In this document: in pieces, positions 20,245 through 29,391 of the stretch
How the letters are laid out: each line of letters begins with the position of its first letter
Numbering within the stretch: position 1 is the stretch's first letter
NCBI GenBank assembly: GCA_038320275.1
Contig: JBBQEB010000017.1
Span: 1-35,429 of the forward strand
Direction: 5' to 3'
Length of the DNA: 35,429 bases
Source of the DNA: Myxococcales bacterium
GTDB lineage: Bacteria; Myxococcota; Myxococcia; Myxococcales; Anaeromyxobacteraceae
The notes under the pieces: model-generated
Seen by the model: only the letters and a program-made list of their open reading frames with translations
Told to the model about the DNA's origin: nothing
Databases searched by the model: none
Made by a program: the position numbers and the translations under genes

Positions 20245-23200
20245 CTACTTCTCGCGGTCGATCTCGCGCGAGCGCAGCACCGCCTCCTCCCAGCTCATGG
20301 GCCCCTGGGAGCGGAGTGGCCACGGCGTGGGCCGCACAGCCTTCGCCTCGGGCGCGTCGTAGACGCCGTTGCCGTTCGCGTCGACGAAGATGGGGTTCGT
20401 CACGGCGAGGAGGGTGAGGGCGTTGGTGCCGCCGCCGTTCTTGGCGTCCACCGCCGGGGCGAGGTCGTCTCCCATGGTGGCTGGATCTCGGCGGACCACC
20501 AGCACGTACCATCCGTCGTGGTCGGCCGGCACCGGCACCGTCACGTCCCAGTCCCACACCCAGCGCTGGTGGCCCTGCGCGCCCGCCGCCGAATTGCCGG
20601 GGGCGAGGAGCGCGCCCGTGCGCGTCCAGCGGACCCCAGCAGCCGCGAGCGCCGCCGTCTCGTCGGCCGCGGGGACGTTGCAGCTCGGGCCGGGCGCGGC
20701 GCAATAGCCCGGCCAGGAGGTGTTGCCGAGGTCGTCCTGCCCGGTGCCGTTCGCGTCGTAGCGGGTCGCCCGGCCCGGCGTGTAGGCGTGGAGCTCGAGC
20801 TGCCAGGGCGGGAGCCAGCGCGGCGCCTCGACGTGCGCGTGGAAGGTGACGTTCCCCGCACCTCGCGGCAGGACGTCGCCCACCCCGGCGATCGCCGCGC
20901 CCGAGGCGGCGGTGAGCGTCGCGAAGGCGCCCAGCGACGCGACCACGTGGTGCGCGTTCACGGCGCGTGAGAGCACCAGCGGGTCGAGCGCCGCCGGGTC
21001 GTCGTTCGCGACCTGCACGAAGGAGCGCCCGTACCCCGCCGACACCAGCACGCGCTGGTGCGTGTCGGAGACGGAGGTGGCCGTGACCACCAGCCCGCGG
21101 GAGAGGAAGGTGAACCAGTCGTTCATGCGGCCGTGGATGCGCTGCTCCTCGAAGTCGTTCACGATCTCCATCGCGGTGAACCCTTCGTCGAAGAGGCCGG
21201 TGTCGTCCGCGGAGCCGGTGGCGGGGTCGCAGCCGGCGGGCCCCAGGATGCGGAACTGCTGCGGACAGGCGTGGGTGCGCCCGTCGCCGGTGTCGAGGCG
21301 AACGTGGCTGAACCAGCCCAGGCTCCCGCGGGGGTGGTTGGCCTGGATCACCCGCTCGGCCGGGGAGGCCCCGGGGATCGCGCGCAGGGCATCGTGGATC
21401 TCGCGCGGCGAGAGCGATGGGCCCGTTCCGCCCGCCCAGTCCACCGCGCCGCCCGTGAGGTCTCCCTCGTCACGGGTCAGAGGGAAGGCGTTCCAGTGGC
21501 CGTAGTCGAAGGTGGTGAGCTCCTCTCCCACCACCGTGCGGAGCCACGCGCTCGCCTTCTTGCCGCCGGGCGGCGTGCGGGCGTCGAGCTCGGCCAGCGT
21601 GGGCCCGTAGTCGGTGACGAAGTCGTGGTCGGTCGCGACCAGCACGTCCACGCCCTCGGCGAGGAAGGTCTGCAGCCGGTCCATCAGCGCCACCGACGAG
21701 TCGGGCGAGTTGACGCCATGCACGTGGAAGTCGCCCGAGATCCAGCCCGCGGTGTCCACCACGTGCGCGAGCTCGAGCTCGAGCGGGCGCGCGGCGGCCT
21801 CGGCGGCGGTGAGCGGCGTGCCGAGGCTCGCTGGCCAGGCATCGGGATACACCGACCACTCCGGTCCGTGCGAGGCGAGGAAGGCGTAGCGTCCGGTGGC
21901 GGGGAGCTCGATGGTCGTCGCGCCGGTCTGGTCGACGAAGGCCACCGCCTGCACCCGGGGGCCCCAGGGATCCATGGCCGCGCTGCGGAAGAGAGCTCCC
22001 GGCGCGCCCGCTTCGCCGCGGGGGAAAGGACAGTCCGCCTCCTTTCCCGCCGCGTCCACGCACAGGACCACCACCTTGCCTGGAATGGGCGCCCCGGCGG
22101 GATCGCGCAGGCGCACCGTGACGGTGGAGGGGGCAGGCAGCGCAGGGAGCTCCACCGCGGCGTCCGCGCTGGCGCTGACGGGCGTGAACGTCGTGCGCGC
22201 GATCCAGCGCAGGTCGGCGGCGACGTCGTATGCGCCGGGCGGGACGCGGGCGGACCAGGTGCCGTCGGCGGCGGTCTGCGCGACGGTCGCGGGGAAGGGG
22301 CCCACGCCAAGCGCGCCGCGGTCGCGCACCACCACCCGCGCGCCTGCCGCCGGGGCCCCCGTGCTCAGCGTCACGCGCCCGGAGAGCTGCACAGTGGCGC
22401 CGCGCATCGCGTAGAGGGTGCCGGTCACCTCCGCCAGGTCGTGGCCCACCACGAAGTCGCGCTCGAAGCGCGCCTGGCCGCGCGCGGGAACGGTGAGGCC
22501 CGCGCCGGGGTTGCCCGCGCCGAGCCACTGGTCGAGCGAGGAGCCCACCAGAAGCCCCACCACTCCAGAGACCGTCACCTGGCTGTTGCCGGTGGCGTTC
22601 GGCGGCACGTATCCGTAGGCGCTCCGCGCGCCCCAGAACGCGTAGAAGGGCACGTCCGAGATGCCGTCGAGGCCGCCCACGTACCCGAACCCGCCGGTGC
22701 GCGAGCGGGGGTTGAAGAACTCGACGTCGCCGCCCGAGTCGAGGAGGTCGCCTACCGCGAGCTGCACGGGCTTTCCCGCATCGTTGCAGAAGGTCGTCAC
22801 GAGGTGCACCGCGCGCTCACCGGGGCGAAGGACGTAGTAGGTCGTCTCCAGCATGGGGACGGGCGTATCCGCCTGCACCGAGGTGGCGACGGGCAGGATC
22901 GACTTCACGTTCAGGTAATCGTTGAGCTCGTCGTGGCCGGTGGCGGCCACGATCGCGGCGCCCTTGCCGCCGCCATCCAGCACCTCCACCCGCTCCACGT
23001 GGGTGGTGCGACCGAAGTTGTAGAAGGGCGCCACCTTGCCGAACTGGTCGGAGCTGGGCTCGCCGTCCGGGCGGACCACGTCCGCGTCGATGATGGCGCC
23101 GCCGAACGGGTTCGGGCCGAGGTGGCGATCCGGCCCCTGGATGATCACGCGGATGAGGTCGTTCGCGAGGAGGTAGTCGCCCACCCGTCCCGAGGCCGAG

Positions 23201-23418
23201 TCGCCCTGCAGCAGGTCCTTGGCGTCCGCGATGCGCCGGGCCAGGGCGCCCCCGCCCGCGCCCCGATACGGTGAGAGGTCGAGCTCGCAGCGGCGGGAGG
23301 CGGGCGCGTCGGCCTTCTTGGAGCTGCAGGAGGCGGCGAACGCCAGGGCGGCGAGCGCGGGCAGGAGCGCGAAAGAGATGGCGGACCGTTTCGACGGAGC
23401 GTGGGCCATGGAAGCCAT
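20245..23418 (-). CDS. Large lipoprotein, CehA/McbA-family (PHP-like) metallohydrolase with N-terminal beta-sandwich and CarboxypepD-like domains
   Basis: Lipobox FAASC, G..GDYLLAND.IR..I, WISGDFHVH...SPDS, ATDHD, GEE.T...GHWN.FP, NHPR and SDTH. Start is ATG 23418 or 23409. Confidence 0.8.
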   Translation of the reverse strand: MASMAHAPSKRSAISFALLPALAALAFAASCSSKKADAPASRRCELDLSPYRGAGGGALARRIADAKDLLQGDSASGRVGDYLLANDLIRVIIQGPDRHLGPNPFGGAIIDADVVRPDGEPSSDQFGKVAPFYNFGRTTHVERVEVLDGGGKGAAIVAATGHDELNDYLNVKSILPVATSVQADTPVPMLETTYYVLRPGERAVHLVTTFCNDAGKPVQLAVGDLLDSGGDVEFFNPRSRTGGFGYVGGLDGISDVPFYAFWGARSAYGYVPPNATGNSQVTVSGVVGLLVGSSLDQWLGAGNPGAGLTVPARGQARFERDFVVGHDLAEVTGTLYAMRGATVQLSGRVTLSTGAPAAGARVVVRDRGALGVGPFPATVAQTAADGTWSARVPPGAYDVAADLRWIARTTFTPVSASADAAVELPALPAPSTVTVRLRDPAGAPIPGKVVVLCVDAAGKEADCPFPRGEAGAPGALFRSAAMDPWGPRVQAVAFVDQTGATTIELPATGRYAFLASHGPEWSVYPDAWPASLGTPLTAAEAAARPLELELAHVVDTAGWISGDFHVHGVNSPDSSVALMDRLQTFLAEGVDVLVATDHDFVTDYGPTLAELDARTPPGGKKASAWLRTVVGEELTTFDYGHWNAFPLTRDEGDLTGGAVDWAGGTGPSLSPREIHDALRAIPGASPAERVIQANHPRGSLGWFSHVRLDTGDGRTHACPQQFRILGPAGCDPATGSADDTGLFDEGFTAMEIVNDFEEQRIHGRMNDWFTFLSRGLVVTATSVSDTHQRVLVSAGYGRSFVQVANDDPAALDPLVLSRAVNAHHVVASLGAFATLTAASGAAIAGVGDVLPRGAGNVTFHAHVEAPRWLPPWQLELHAYTPGRATRYDANGTGQDDLGNTSWPGYCAAPGPSCNVPAADETAALAAAGVRWTRTGALLAPGNSAAGAQGHQRWVWDWDVTVPVPADHDGWYVLVVRRDPATMGDDLAPAVDAKNGGGTNALTLLAVTNPIFVDANGNGVYDAPEAKAVRPTPWPLRSQGPMSWEEAVLRSREIDREK

Positions 23419-23525
23419 GTAGTGAGGCCAGCGGAGAGGCGCCTGCCGGGCCTTCCGCGCGCACGAGGGAGCGCCGGACGCCCTACGTCGGCGTGGCGCC
23501 CGCCCCCGCGGACGGCCGCGATGCG

Positions 23526-25373
23526 TCACGGAGGGCCGCGCCCACCCTGAGCGCCGAAGATGGCGCGGACGGCTTCAATTGTATCCGCCTCCTCCGCGCG
23601 CTTGTCCTCGCGGTAGCGCTTCACCCGCGCGAAGCGCAGCGCGAGCCCGGCCGGATAGCGCGGCGAGGCCTGCAATCCATCGAACGCGACCTCCACCACC
23701 AGCTCAGGCCTCACGTGCACCACGTGCCCCTCGCGCCCGAGCTCCAGCTCGAGGAGCCGGCGCGTCTGCCAGGCCAGCATCGCGTCGGTGAGCCCCTTGA
23801 ACGTCTTTCCCAGCATGACGAAGCCCCCCGCCGCCGGATCGCGCGCGCCGAGGTGCAGGTTGGAGAGAGAGCCCACCCGGCGCCCGCTGCCCCACTCGGC
23901 GGCGAGCACCACCAGGTCGAGCGTGTGCGCCGGCTTCACCTTGAGCCAGGCCGAGCCCCGGTTCCCGGCCGCGTATGGAGCGTCGAGCGACTTCGCCACC
24001 ACACCCTCGTGCCCGCGTCGCAGCGCGCCCGCGAGGAAGGCGGCCGCTGCCTCGGGAGACGCGGTGACGAGCCGGGGAACGCGCTGCGGCTCCGGGAGGA
24101 GCGAGGCCAGGGCGCCGTGCCGCTCGCGCGCGGGGCGCGCCGCCAGGTCCTCGCCGTCGAGGTGCAGGATGTCGAAGAAGAGCGCAGAGAGCGGCAGGGC
24201 CGCGCGCAGCTCGGCGTCCTCTAGCTTGCGGCCGAAGCGCCGCATGGTGTCCTGAAACGGGCGAGGCGTACCGTCGGGCCGGAGCGCGATGGCCTCGCCG
24301 TCGAGCACGAAGGCGCGGGCGGGGAGGGCGATGGCCGTCTCCACCACCTCGGGCACCGAGGAGGTTACCTCGCGCAGGGAGCGCGAGAAGACCCGCACCT
24401 CATCGCCCTGCCGATGCACCTGCACGCGCGCGCCGTCGAGCTTCCAGTCGAGCGCGGCCTCTCCCCCCAGCTCCAGCAGCGCCGAAGCCGGGTCGGCGGC
24501 CGTCCGCGCCAGCATCGGCTCCACCGGGGAGAGCACGCGAAGCGTGAAGGCGCCCAGAGCCGGCAGGCCGCCAGAGAGCGCCGCCGCCGCCACCGCGCCC
24601 AGGCTCCCGGCGTTCATCACCGCTCGACGCACAGCGTCGCCTGGGATGGCCGCCGCCCGCGCGATCGCGTCCACCAGCACGCCCTCCAGGGCGCCCTGAC
24701 GCAGCTCGCCCAGGAGCAGTCGCCCGAGGAAGTCGCGCTCCAGGTCGCCCGCCCGGGAAAAGAGCTCGCGCAGCAGCGCGCGCCGCCGGGCCCCGGAGCC
24801 AGTGCCCTTGGCCAGGGCGAGCTGGTCCAGGAAGGTATCCGTCTCGCCCAAGGAGAGCGTTTCACCCCCTGTGCGGCCTCCCTCGCTTTGCTCCTGTTCG
24901 CGCCGCCCTTCGGGAGTCTGCCCGCGCTCACCTTCACGGGTGCCCGTCCGACCCGCGTCTTCCTCCGGCGCGGACACGTCCGCCGGCCCTTCGCGATGCT
25001 GCCTCGGTTCACTAACCGTGAATTCCTGCGAGATCGGATTCCGGTGACCAGCCGCGCGGCCCTCGGGGCCCTCAGGACCTTCGGGGCCTTCGGGGCCTTC
25101 GGGGCCTTCGCGCCGTTCACTCTCCGTCTCCGGTAAGCGCGGGACGGCAGGCCCGGCGTCCAAGGGCGCCCCCCAGCCCAGCGCCTCCCGCACGATGGCA
25201 GGTCCGAGCCCGATCTTCCCTTGCGTGAGGCTGCCCACCAGCCAGCTCGCAGCCGTCGCCACCTCGCCCGGGGGAGCCTCCCGCAGCACTCCCGCCAGGA
25301 GCGTCACCTTGTCGAGCCGCGAGGAGGTGGCCGCCACGCGGCGCGAAGCGAGGGCAAGGTCGAGGAGGCGCAT
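23526..25373 (-). CDS. ATP-dependent DNA ligase (LigB-type) with ~97-aa insertion
   Basis: N-terminal V.ATSSRL.K DNA-binding domain, [14 protein letters not shown], motif I WKLDG, LDGE, FFD, EG..AK, WLKVK, OB-fold ALRFARV.RYR.DK. Confidence 0.92.
   Translation of the reverse strand: MRLLDLALASRRVAATSSRLDKVTLLAGVLREAPPGEVATAASWLVGSLTQGKIGLGPAIVREALGWGAPLDAGPAVPRLPETESERREGPEGPEGPEGPEGPEGRAAGHRNPISQEFTVSEPRQHREGPADVSAPEEDAGRTGTREGERGQTPEGRREQEQSEGGRTGGETLSLGETDTFLDQLALAKGTGSGARRRALLRELFSRAGDLERDFLGRLLLGELRQGALEGVLVDAIARAAAIPGDAVRRAVMNAGSLGAVAAAALSGGLPALGAFTLRVLSPVEPMLARTAADPASALLELGGEAALDWKLDGARVQVHRQGDEVRVFSRSLREVTSSVPEVVETAIALPARAFVLDGEAIALRPDGTPRPFQDTMRRFGRKLEDAELRAALPLSALFFDILHLDGEDLAARPARERHGALASLLPEPQRVPRLVTASPEAAAAFLAGALRRGHEGVVAKSLDAPYAAGNRGSAWLKVKPAHTLDLVVLAAEWGSGRRVGSLSNLHLGARDPAAGGFVMLGKTFKGLTDAMLAWQTRRLLELELGREGHVVHVRPELVVEVAFDGLQASPRYPAGLALRFARVKRYREDKRAEEADTIEAVRAIFGAQGGRGPP
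25059..25109 (-). repeat. 9-bp tandem repeat (GAAGGCCCC) x5.7 encoding (EGP)5-EG
   Basis: Read directly in the sequence, inside the ligase insertion. Confidence 0.95.
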
Positions 25374-25567
25374 CGCTGCAGAAATTACCCGCCCTCCGTC
25401 TCCGGCGCCCGCCACCGCTCGCGGGTCGAGCTCGAGGCAGTCGCCCTCGACGTGCCCGCGCGGCGGTCCCCCCTCCCCTCGCTGACAGCGATGGCGGCCA
25501 CCGCCTATCTCGCCGTCCAGGTCGCCACCGCGAAGGCTGCGCTCGACAGCCTCGGTTGCCAGCGCGC

Positions 25568-26023
25568 CTACGCGGCCTCGTCGTAGCGGGCGCGCACGAT
25601 GCCCTTCGCGGGAGCGCGGGAGAGGAGCTCGCGGGTCTCGCTCGTGCCGTGCAGCGCATCCCGCACCAGGTCGGCGAGCACGTTCCAGATGGCCGGCTCG
25701 GCATCGCGGTGCCCATTCTCCCAGCGCGAGACGGTCTCCGGGGAGACGCCGAGCAGCTCGCCGAGCTCGGTGGCGCGCAGGCCCGTGAGGCTCCGCGACC
25801 ACTTGAGCAGGTGGCCGGTGCGGACGCCTGCCGCGATGGCCGCGAGGGCCATGAGCTGGTCTGCCCGGTCTCCCTCGGCGGCGCCGATCGTCCACTCGCC
25901 GCAGTCGGCACACTTTTCGACGGGCACGTTTTCGACGATGACCTTCACGGAGCCGAAGGTGTGGTCGATGGCGACGCGGTCGGGAGCGACGCTCTTCTTC
26001 TTGCAGTTGAAGCACGTGCGCAT
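25568..26023 (-). CDS. MqsA/YgiT-type antitoxin (Zn finger + XRE HTH)
   Basis: CxxC (CFNC), [41 protein letters not shown]. Confidence 0.85.
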   Translation of the reverse strand: MRTCFNCKKKSVAPDRVAIDHTFGSVKVIVENVPVEKCADCGEWTIGAAEGDRADQLMALAAIAAGVRTGHLLKWSRSLTGLRATELGELLGVSPETVSRWENGHRDAEPAIWNVLADLVRDALHGTSETRELLSRAPAKGIVRARYDEAA

Positions 26024-26035
26024 GGTTCACCTCGT

Positions 26036-26290
26036 TCAGTCGAAGACGGTCACGACGAGGAGCCCGTCGGCGATGACCAGGGCGACCGTCAGCCTCTCGC
26101 CGTCCCAGTCCGGCCCCTCGGCGCGCCAGGTCTCCTCGTGCGGCTGCCAGCGGCAGCGCTCACAGCGCGCGAGCGCGTCCTCGACCTCTCGCCTCGAGGT
26201 GCTGCGCTCCCGGATGCGCTGCGAGGCGTGCCGCGTGAACAGCACTCGCCCCGCCTGCGCGTAGCCGCGGATGTCGGCGAGGGCCTCCAC
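26036..26290 (-). CDS. DUF4258-family putative toxin
   Basis: [10 protein letters not shown]......V..AL, G.D.DG..L.V and C-terminal VVTVF. Lies directly upstream of the antitoxin. Confidence 0.75.
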   Translation of the reverse strand: MEALADIRGYAQAGRVLFTRHASQRIRERSTSRREVEDALARCERCRWQPHEETWRAEGPDWDGERLTVALVIADGLLVVTVFD

Positions 26291-26302
26291 CCGCGTTCAC
26301 AA

Positions 26303-26337
26303 GGTTGACGTTACAGCAACCATGACGAAACGTGCAA
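26303..26337 (-). promoter_or_regulatory. TA operon promoter with overlapping palindrome
   Basis: Minus strand TTGCAC-N18-TAACGT. Inverted repeat GGTTG-N9-CAACC (26303-26321) spans the -10. Confidence 0.55.
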
Positions 26338-26578
26338 GAAGCACCATGAAGCGCTTCCTCGACAAGGTGCTGCTCGAGCGGGCGGAGCAGCAGATGCAGG
26401 ACTTCAACGCGGTGGAGCGTATCGCGCGCCGCCTCTGCGGGTGCGGAGCTCTGCTCGCCGCGGTGGACCCGCCCGGGCGCCCGTGCCCGGCTCGCGTAGT
26501 ACCTCCCCAACGCGGTGGTGACACCCCGGGAAGAGGGGGGTGGGGTGGTCCACGAGATCGAGGTGGAGCTGCGAAAGG

Positions 26579-26610
26579 ACGACGGCCGCCCTGGTCGGGC
26601 GGCCGGTCGT
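26579..26610 (-). terminator. Putative intrinsic terminator downstream of the tRNA
   Basis: Stem ACGACGGCCGCCC / GGGCGGCCGGTCGT (one bulge, 5-nt loop) followed by CCTTT on the minus strand. Confidence 0.6.
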
Positions 26611-26620
26611 AGATAAAGGA

Positions 26621-26698
<78 letters not shown>

Positions 26699-26714
26699 GG
26701 TCGGTGGGGGAGCG

Positions 26715-26743
26715 TTTCTACGCGGGGGGGCCTCGAGGGTCAA
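26715..26743 (-). promoter_or_regulatory. Sigma70 promoter of the tRNA
   Basis: TTGACC-N17-TAGAAA on the minus strand, with an upstream A-tract and a GC-rich discriminator. Confidence 0.65.
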
Positions 26744-27061
26744 GGGGTTTTTCGACGCGCGGGCGGCGGCGAGGATGCGCCACCTCGCCTCCTCTGGGAG
26801 GTACTTCACGGCTTCGCGGAGGGTCACACCGGACGCTCGCTGGGCGGTGGCCGCTGGTTCGAAGGAGCCGTGGCCGACCGCTGCACCCCGCGCGGGGCAA
26901 GTCATGTTTAACCATACGTCTCAGGGGACGTCGCGCCGTCCGCTCCCCAGGTCGAGCCAGACCGATTGCCGCGCGGCGACCGGGTGCTCGAAAGGGCAAC
27001 CGAGCTGCGTTTTCCGAGTTTGGGATCACGATGAGGACCCCGGTGCGAGACGGCCTGGAGA

Positions 27062-27562
27062 CTACCGGTCGCTGTAGCCCGCGATCCAATCGAGCTCGAG
27101 ACGAAAGGGGCCCTCCTGCCGGTCCGAGATCATGAGGCCGAAGGTCCTGATGGCGCTCGCGTCGAGTGGCGGGTGACCAGGAACCGGGTGACCGCGGAAG
27201 ACGGGCGTGAAGCTCTCGAAGGGGAACCTGAGCTCGCACCACGTGCCGGCTTCCGGCGCGAAGTCCACCTGGTAGCTGACGCCGTCGAAGGCAGCGGTCG
27301 TCCGTAGCCTGAGCCCATAACGCTTCCCGTCGGCCCGAACGCGAACCTCCAGCCCCTCGTACCGCGACAGATCGAAATCGCCGACCTCGGAACGCGCGGA
27401 CGCGAAGCCACCGTTCCGCTCGAGCGACACCACCCCGTCAAAGACCCCGACGCCACCGGAGACCGACATCTCTGCGCGAGAGACGCCGCCCATGACCGTA
27501 TCGTTGATGGTGCGCCATGGAAGGCCACCGCTCGCAAACGTGATGATGTGGTCGCGCTTCAC
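27062..27562 (-). CDS. CIA30 (NDUFAF1-like) family protein
   Basis: W..INDTVMGGVS, F.G.VSLE.NGGFAS.R, DGKRY, PF..F.P.FRG and ISD.QEGPF.LE. Confidence 0.92.
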   Translation of the reverse strand: MKRDHIITFASGGLPWRTINDTVMGGVSRAEMSVSGGVGVFDGVVSLERNGGFASARSEVGDFDLSRYEGLEVRVRADGKRYGLRLRTTAAFDGVSYQVDFAPEAGTWCELRFPFESFTPVFRGHPVPGHPPLDASAIRTFGLMISDRQEGPFRLELDWIAGYSDR

Positions 27563-27608
27563 GGTGGGCCCAGCCGCTCGCAGGAGGCGCGATGCCTGGG
27601 TCGCGGCA

Positions 27609-28583
27609 CTATCTCTTCGTTCGCGTGCGGCGGGTGATCAGCGCGGCCAGGGCCTCCAGGGCTCGCGACCGCAGGCGCAGGTGGTCAGCCTCTTCGGCCA
27701 GCGCGCGACGAGCTGCTTCCTCGAGCCTCATTGGCGCGGGAAGACCGGCTGCAGACCAGAATCCGGGACGCGCCGCCAGCAGGTCGCTCGTGAGCCCCTC
27801 GACGAGCTCGGCCGCGAGCCGGTGGTCGGCGCGTGTCACGAGACGGATCCAGTGTGAAGAAAGGCTCGGTGAGACGAAGGGTACGCGCAGGAGCACCGGC
27901 CGGCGGCCCATCACGGCGGCGACCCTCCGCAGGACCTCCTCGCCTGAAAGCACCTCGGGGCCGGGCAGGTCCCAGACCTCGCTGCGCGGGAGCGGGAGGT
28001 GAGCCCCCGCGACGAGCGCTGCCACCACGTCGTCCACGGCCACGGGCTCGCTTCGATGGAGGAGCCAGGCGGGCAGGACCATGGCAGGAAGTCGCGCCGC
28101 CAGGTCACGCACGATCGTCCAGGAGGCGCTGCCGGTGCCGATGATCATCCCGGCGCGAAGCTCGAGACATGGAACCGGGCCCCTCCGCAGGACCTCGCCG
28201 GTCTCCAGTCGAGCCCGCAGGTGCTCAGAGGGGGCACCCTGGGGGGCGACGCCTCCGAGGTACACCACGCGCCCGACGCCCGCCTTGCCGGCGGCGGTCG
28301 CAAAGCTCTCCGCCCAGCGCAGCTCGTCCTCCGCCCAGCCAGGCCCGCCAGAGGACATGCCATGGACCAGGTAATAGGCAACGTCGCAGCCCTCGAGCGC
28401 GCCTTCGAGCGACTCGGGAACGCCGACGTCTCCAGCGATCCACTCCTTGTCCGGCCACCGCCGGCGCGCTTTTTCGGCCCGCCGCGTGAGGCAGCGAACG
28501 GCGCATCCAGCCTTTTTCAGAGCCGGGTGAAGGTGGCGGCCGATGAATCCGGTGGCGCCGGTGAGCAGGACGCGTTGGGGCAT
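27609..28583 (-). CDS. Atypical SDR / NAD(P)-binding epimerase family (YbjT-like)
   Basis: VLLTGATGFIG, AYYLVH.M, VVYLGG, SEHL..R.E.G, ELRA.MIIG.GS.S and L.RLP.M..P.W. Confidence 0.88.
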   Translation of the reverse strand: MPQRVLLTGATGFIGRHLHPALKKAGCAVRCLTRRAEKARRRWPDKEWIAGDVGVPESLEGALEGCDVAYYLVHGMSSGGPGWAEDELRWAESFATAAGKAGVGRVVYLGGVAPQGAPSEHLRARLETGEVLRRGPVPCLELRAGMIIGTGSASWTIVRDLAARLPAMVLPAWLLHRSEPVAVDDVVAALVAGAHLPLPRSEVWDLPGPEVLSGEEVLRRVAAVMGRRPVLLRVPFVSPSLSSHWIRLVTRADHRLAAELVEGLTSDLLAARPGFWSAAGLPAPMRLEEAARRALAEEADHLRLRSRALEALAALITRRTRTKR

Positions 28584-28767
28584 GCTTCGACGCACCTTGC
28601 TACAGTCGCATCCCCCTGTCACCCCGGCTCGACTCATCCATCGCCGTCGCAGCCTGAGTCTTCGGCTTCGCCTGGGTGCCGCGGGTCCGCAGCTGGCTCC
28701 TTCTCTCCACGCTGGCAGTCCTGGCCGCGCGGGAGCGCCCGGCCGCGAGCGCCGCTAGGGAAGCTGG

Positions 28768-29259
28768 ATGAATCCGTTGCGCAGGCCTCCGGGACCGGGA
28801 CAGGAGTCGGTATGGGATTATCCGCGCCCCCCGCGACTCGAAGAGGTCTCCGCGCGCCTTCGAGTCCTCCTGGACGGGACGACCGTGGCGGACACGAGCC
28901 GAGCGTTCCGGGTGCTGGAGACGAGCCACCCGCCCGTCTACTACCTTCCGCCAGGCGACGTGCGCATGGAGCTCCTCGAGGAGACGGCTCGGCGCAGCTT
29001 CTGTGAGTGGAAGGGAGAGGCGCGTTACTACACGGTGCGGGCCGGCGAGAAGCTCCTGCAAAACGTGGCCTGGTCCTATCCCCAGCCCACTCCGGCCTTT
29101 CGCTCCCTCGCTGGATCGCTGGCCTTCTACCTGGACCCCCTCGTCGGATTCGTCGACGAGGAGAGAGCGCTCCCGCAGCCAGGTGGGTTTTATGGCGGCT
29201 GGGTGACTTCGCGGGTGGTGGGGCCGTTCAAGGGCGAGCCGGGCACGCAGGGTTGGTAG
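28768..29259 (+). CDS. DUF427 domain protein
   Basis: PGQESVWDYPRPP, VLETSHPP.YY.P, SFCEWKG.A.YY, AWSYP.P and C-terminal PQPG.FYGGW....VGPFKG.PG..GW. Confidence 0.9.
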   Translation: MNPLRRPPGPGQESVWDYPRPPRLEEVSARLRVLLDGTTVADTSRAFRVLETSHPPVYYLPPGDVRMELLEETARRSFCEWKGEARYYTVRAGEKLLQNVAWSYPQPTPAFRSLAGSLAFYLDPLVGFVDEERALPQPGGFYGGWVTSRVVGPFKGEPGTQGW

Positions 29260-29391
29260 TGCGATGGGCCTCCCGTACGCGGCCGGGCTGTGATCAAGAG
29301 CCGCGTGGTGCTGCCCGCGCTTGCCGGACGATGATGACCGGGATCGAAACTGCAGCTGGGAGCACGGCTCACCACCGCCCCGCGATCGTCC

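Noticed and set aside
24861..25151. Intein in the DNA ligase
   Set aside because: No N-terminal Cys/Ser block A, no His-Asn-Cys/Ser/Thr junction, and low-complexity composition.
23526..26030. 834-aa ORF suggesting an N-terminally extended or antitoxin-fused ligase
   Set aside because: The upstream part is an off-frame read of the antitoxin gene. Ligase similarity starts at ATG 25373, which has its own -10.
26975..27070. c-di-GMP-I riboswitch-like 'AAAGGGCAAC' segment
   Set aside because: Lacks the GNRA tetraloop/receptor and GCAAAGC elements, and there is no downstream gene on that strand.
28636..28745. Hydrophobic reading frame with an in-frame TGA (possible selenoprotein or pseudogene)
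   Set aside because: No start, no SECIS-like hairpin and no recognisable family. Too weak to call.
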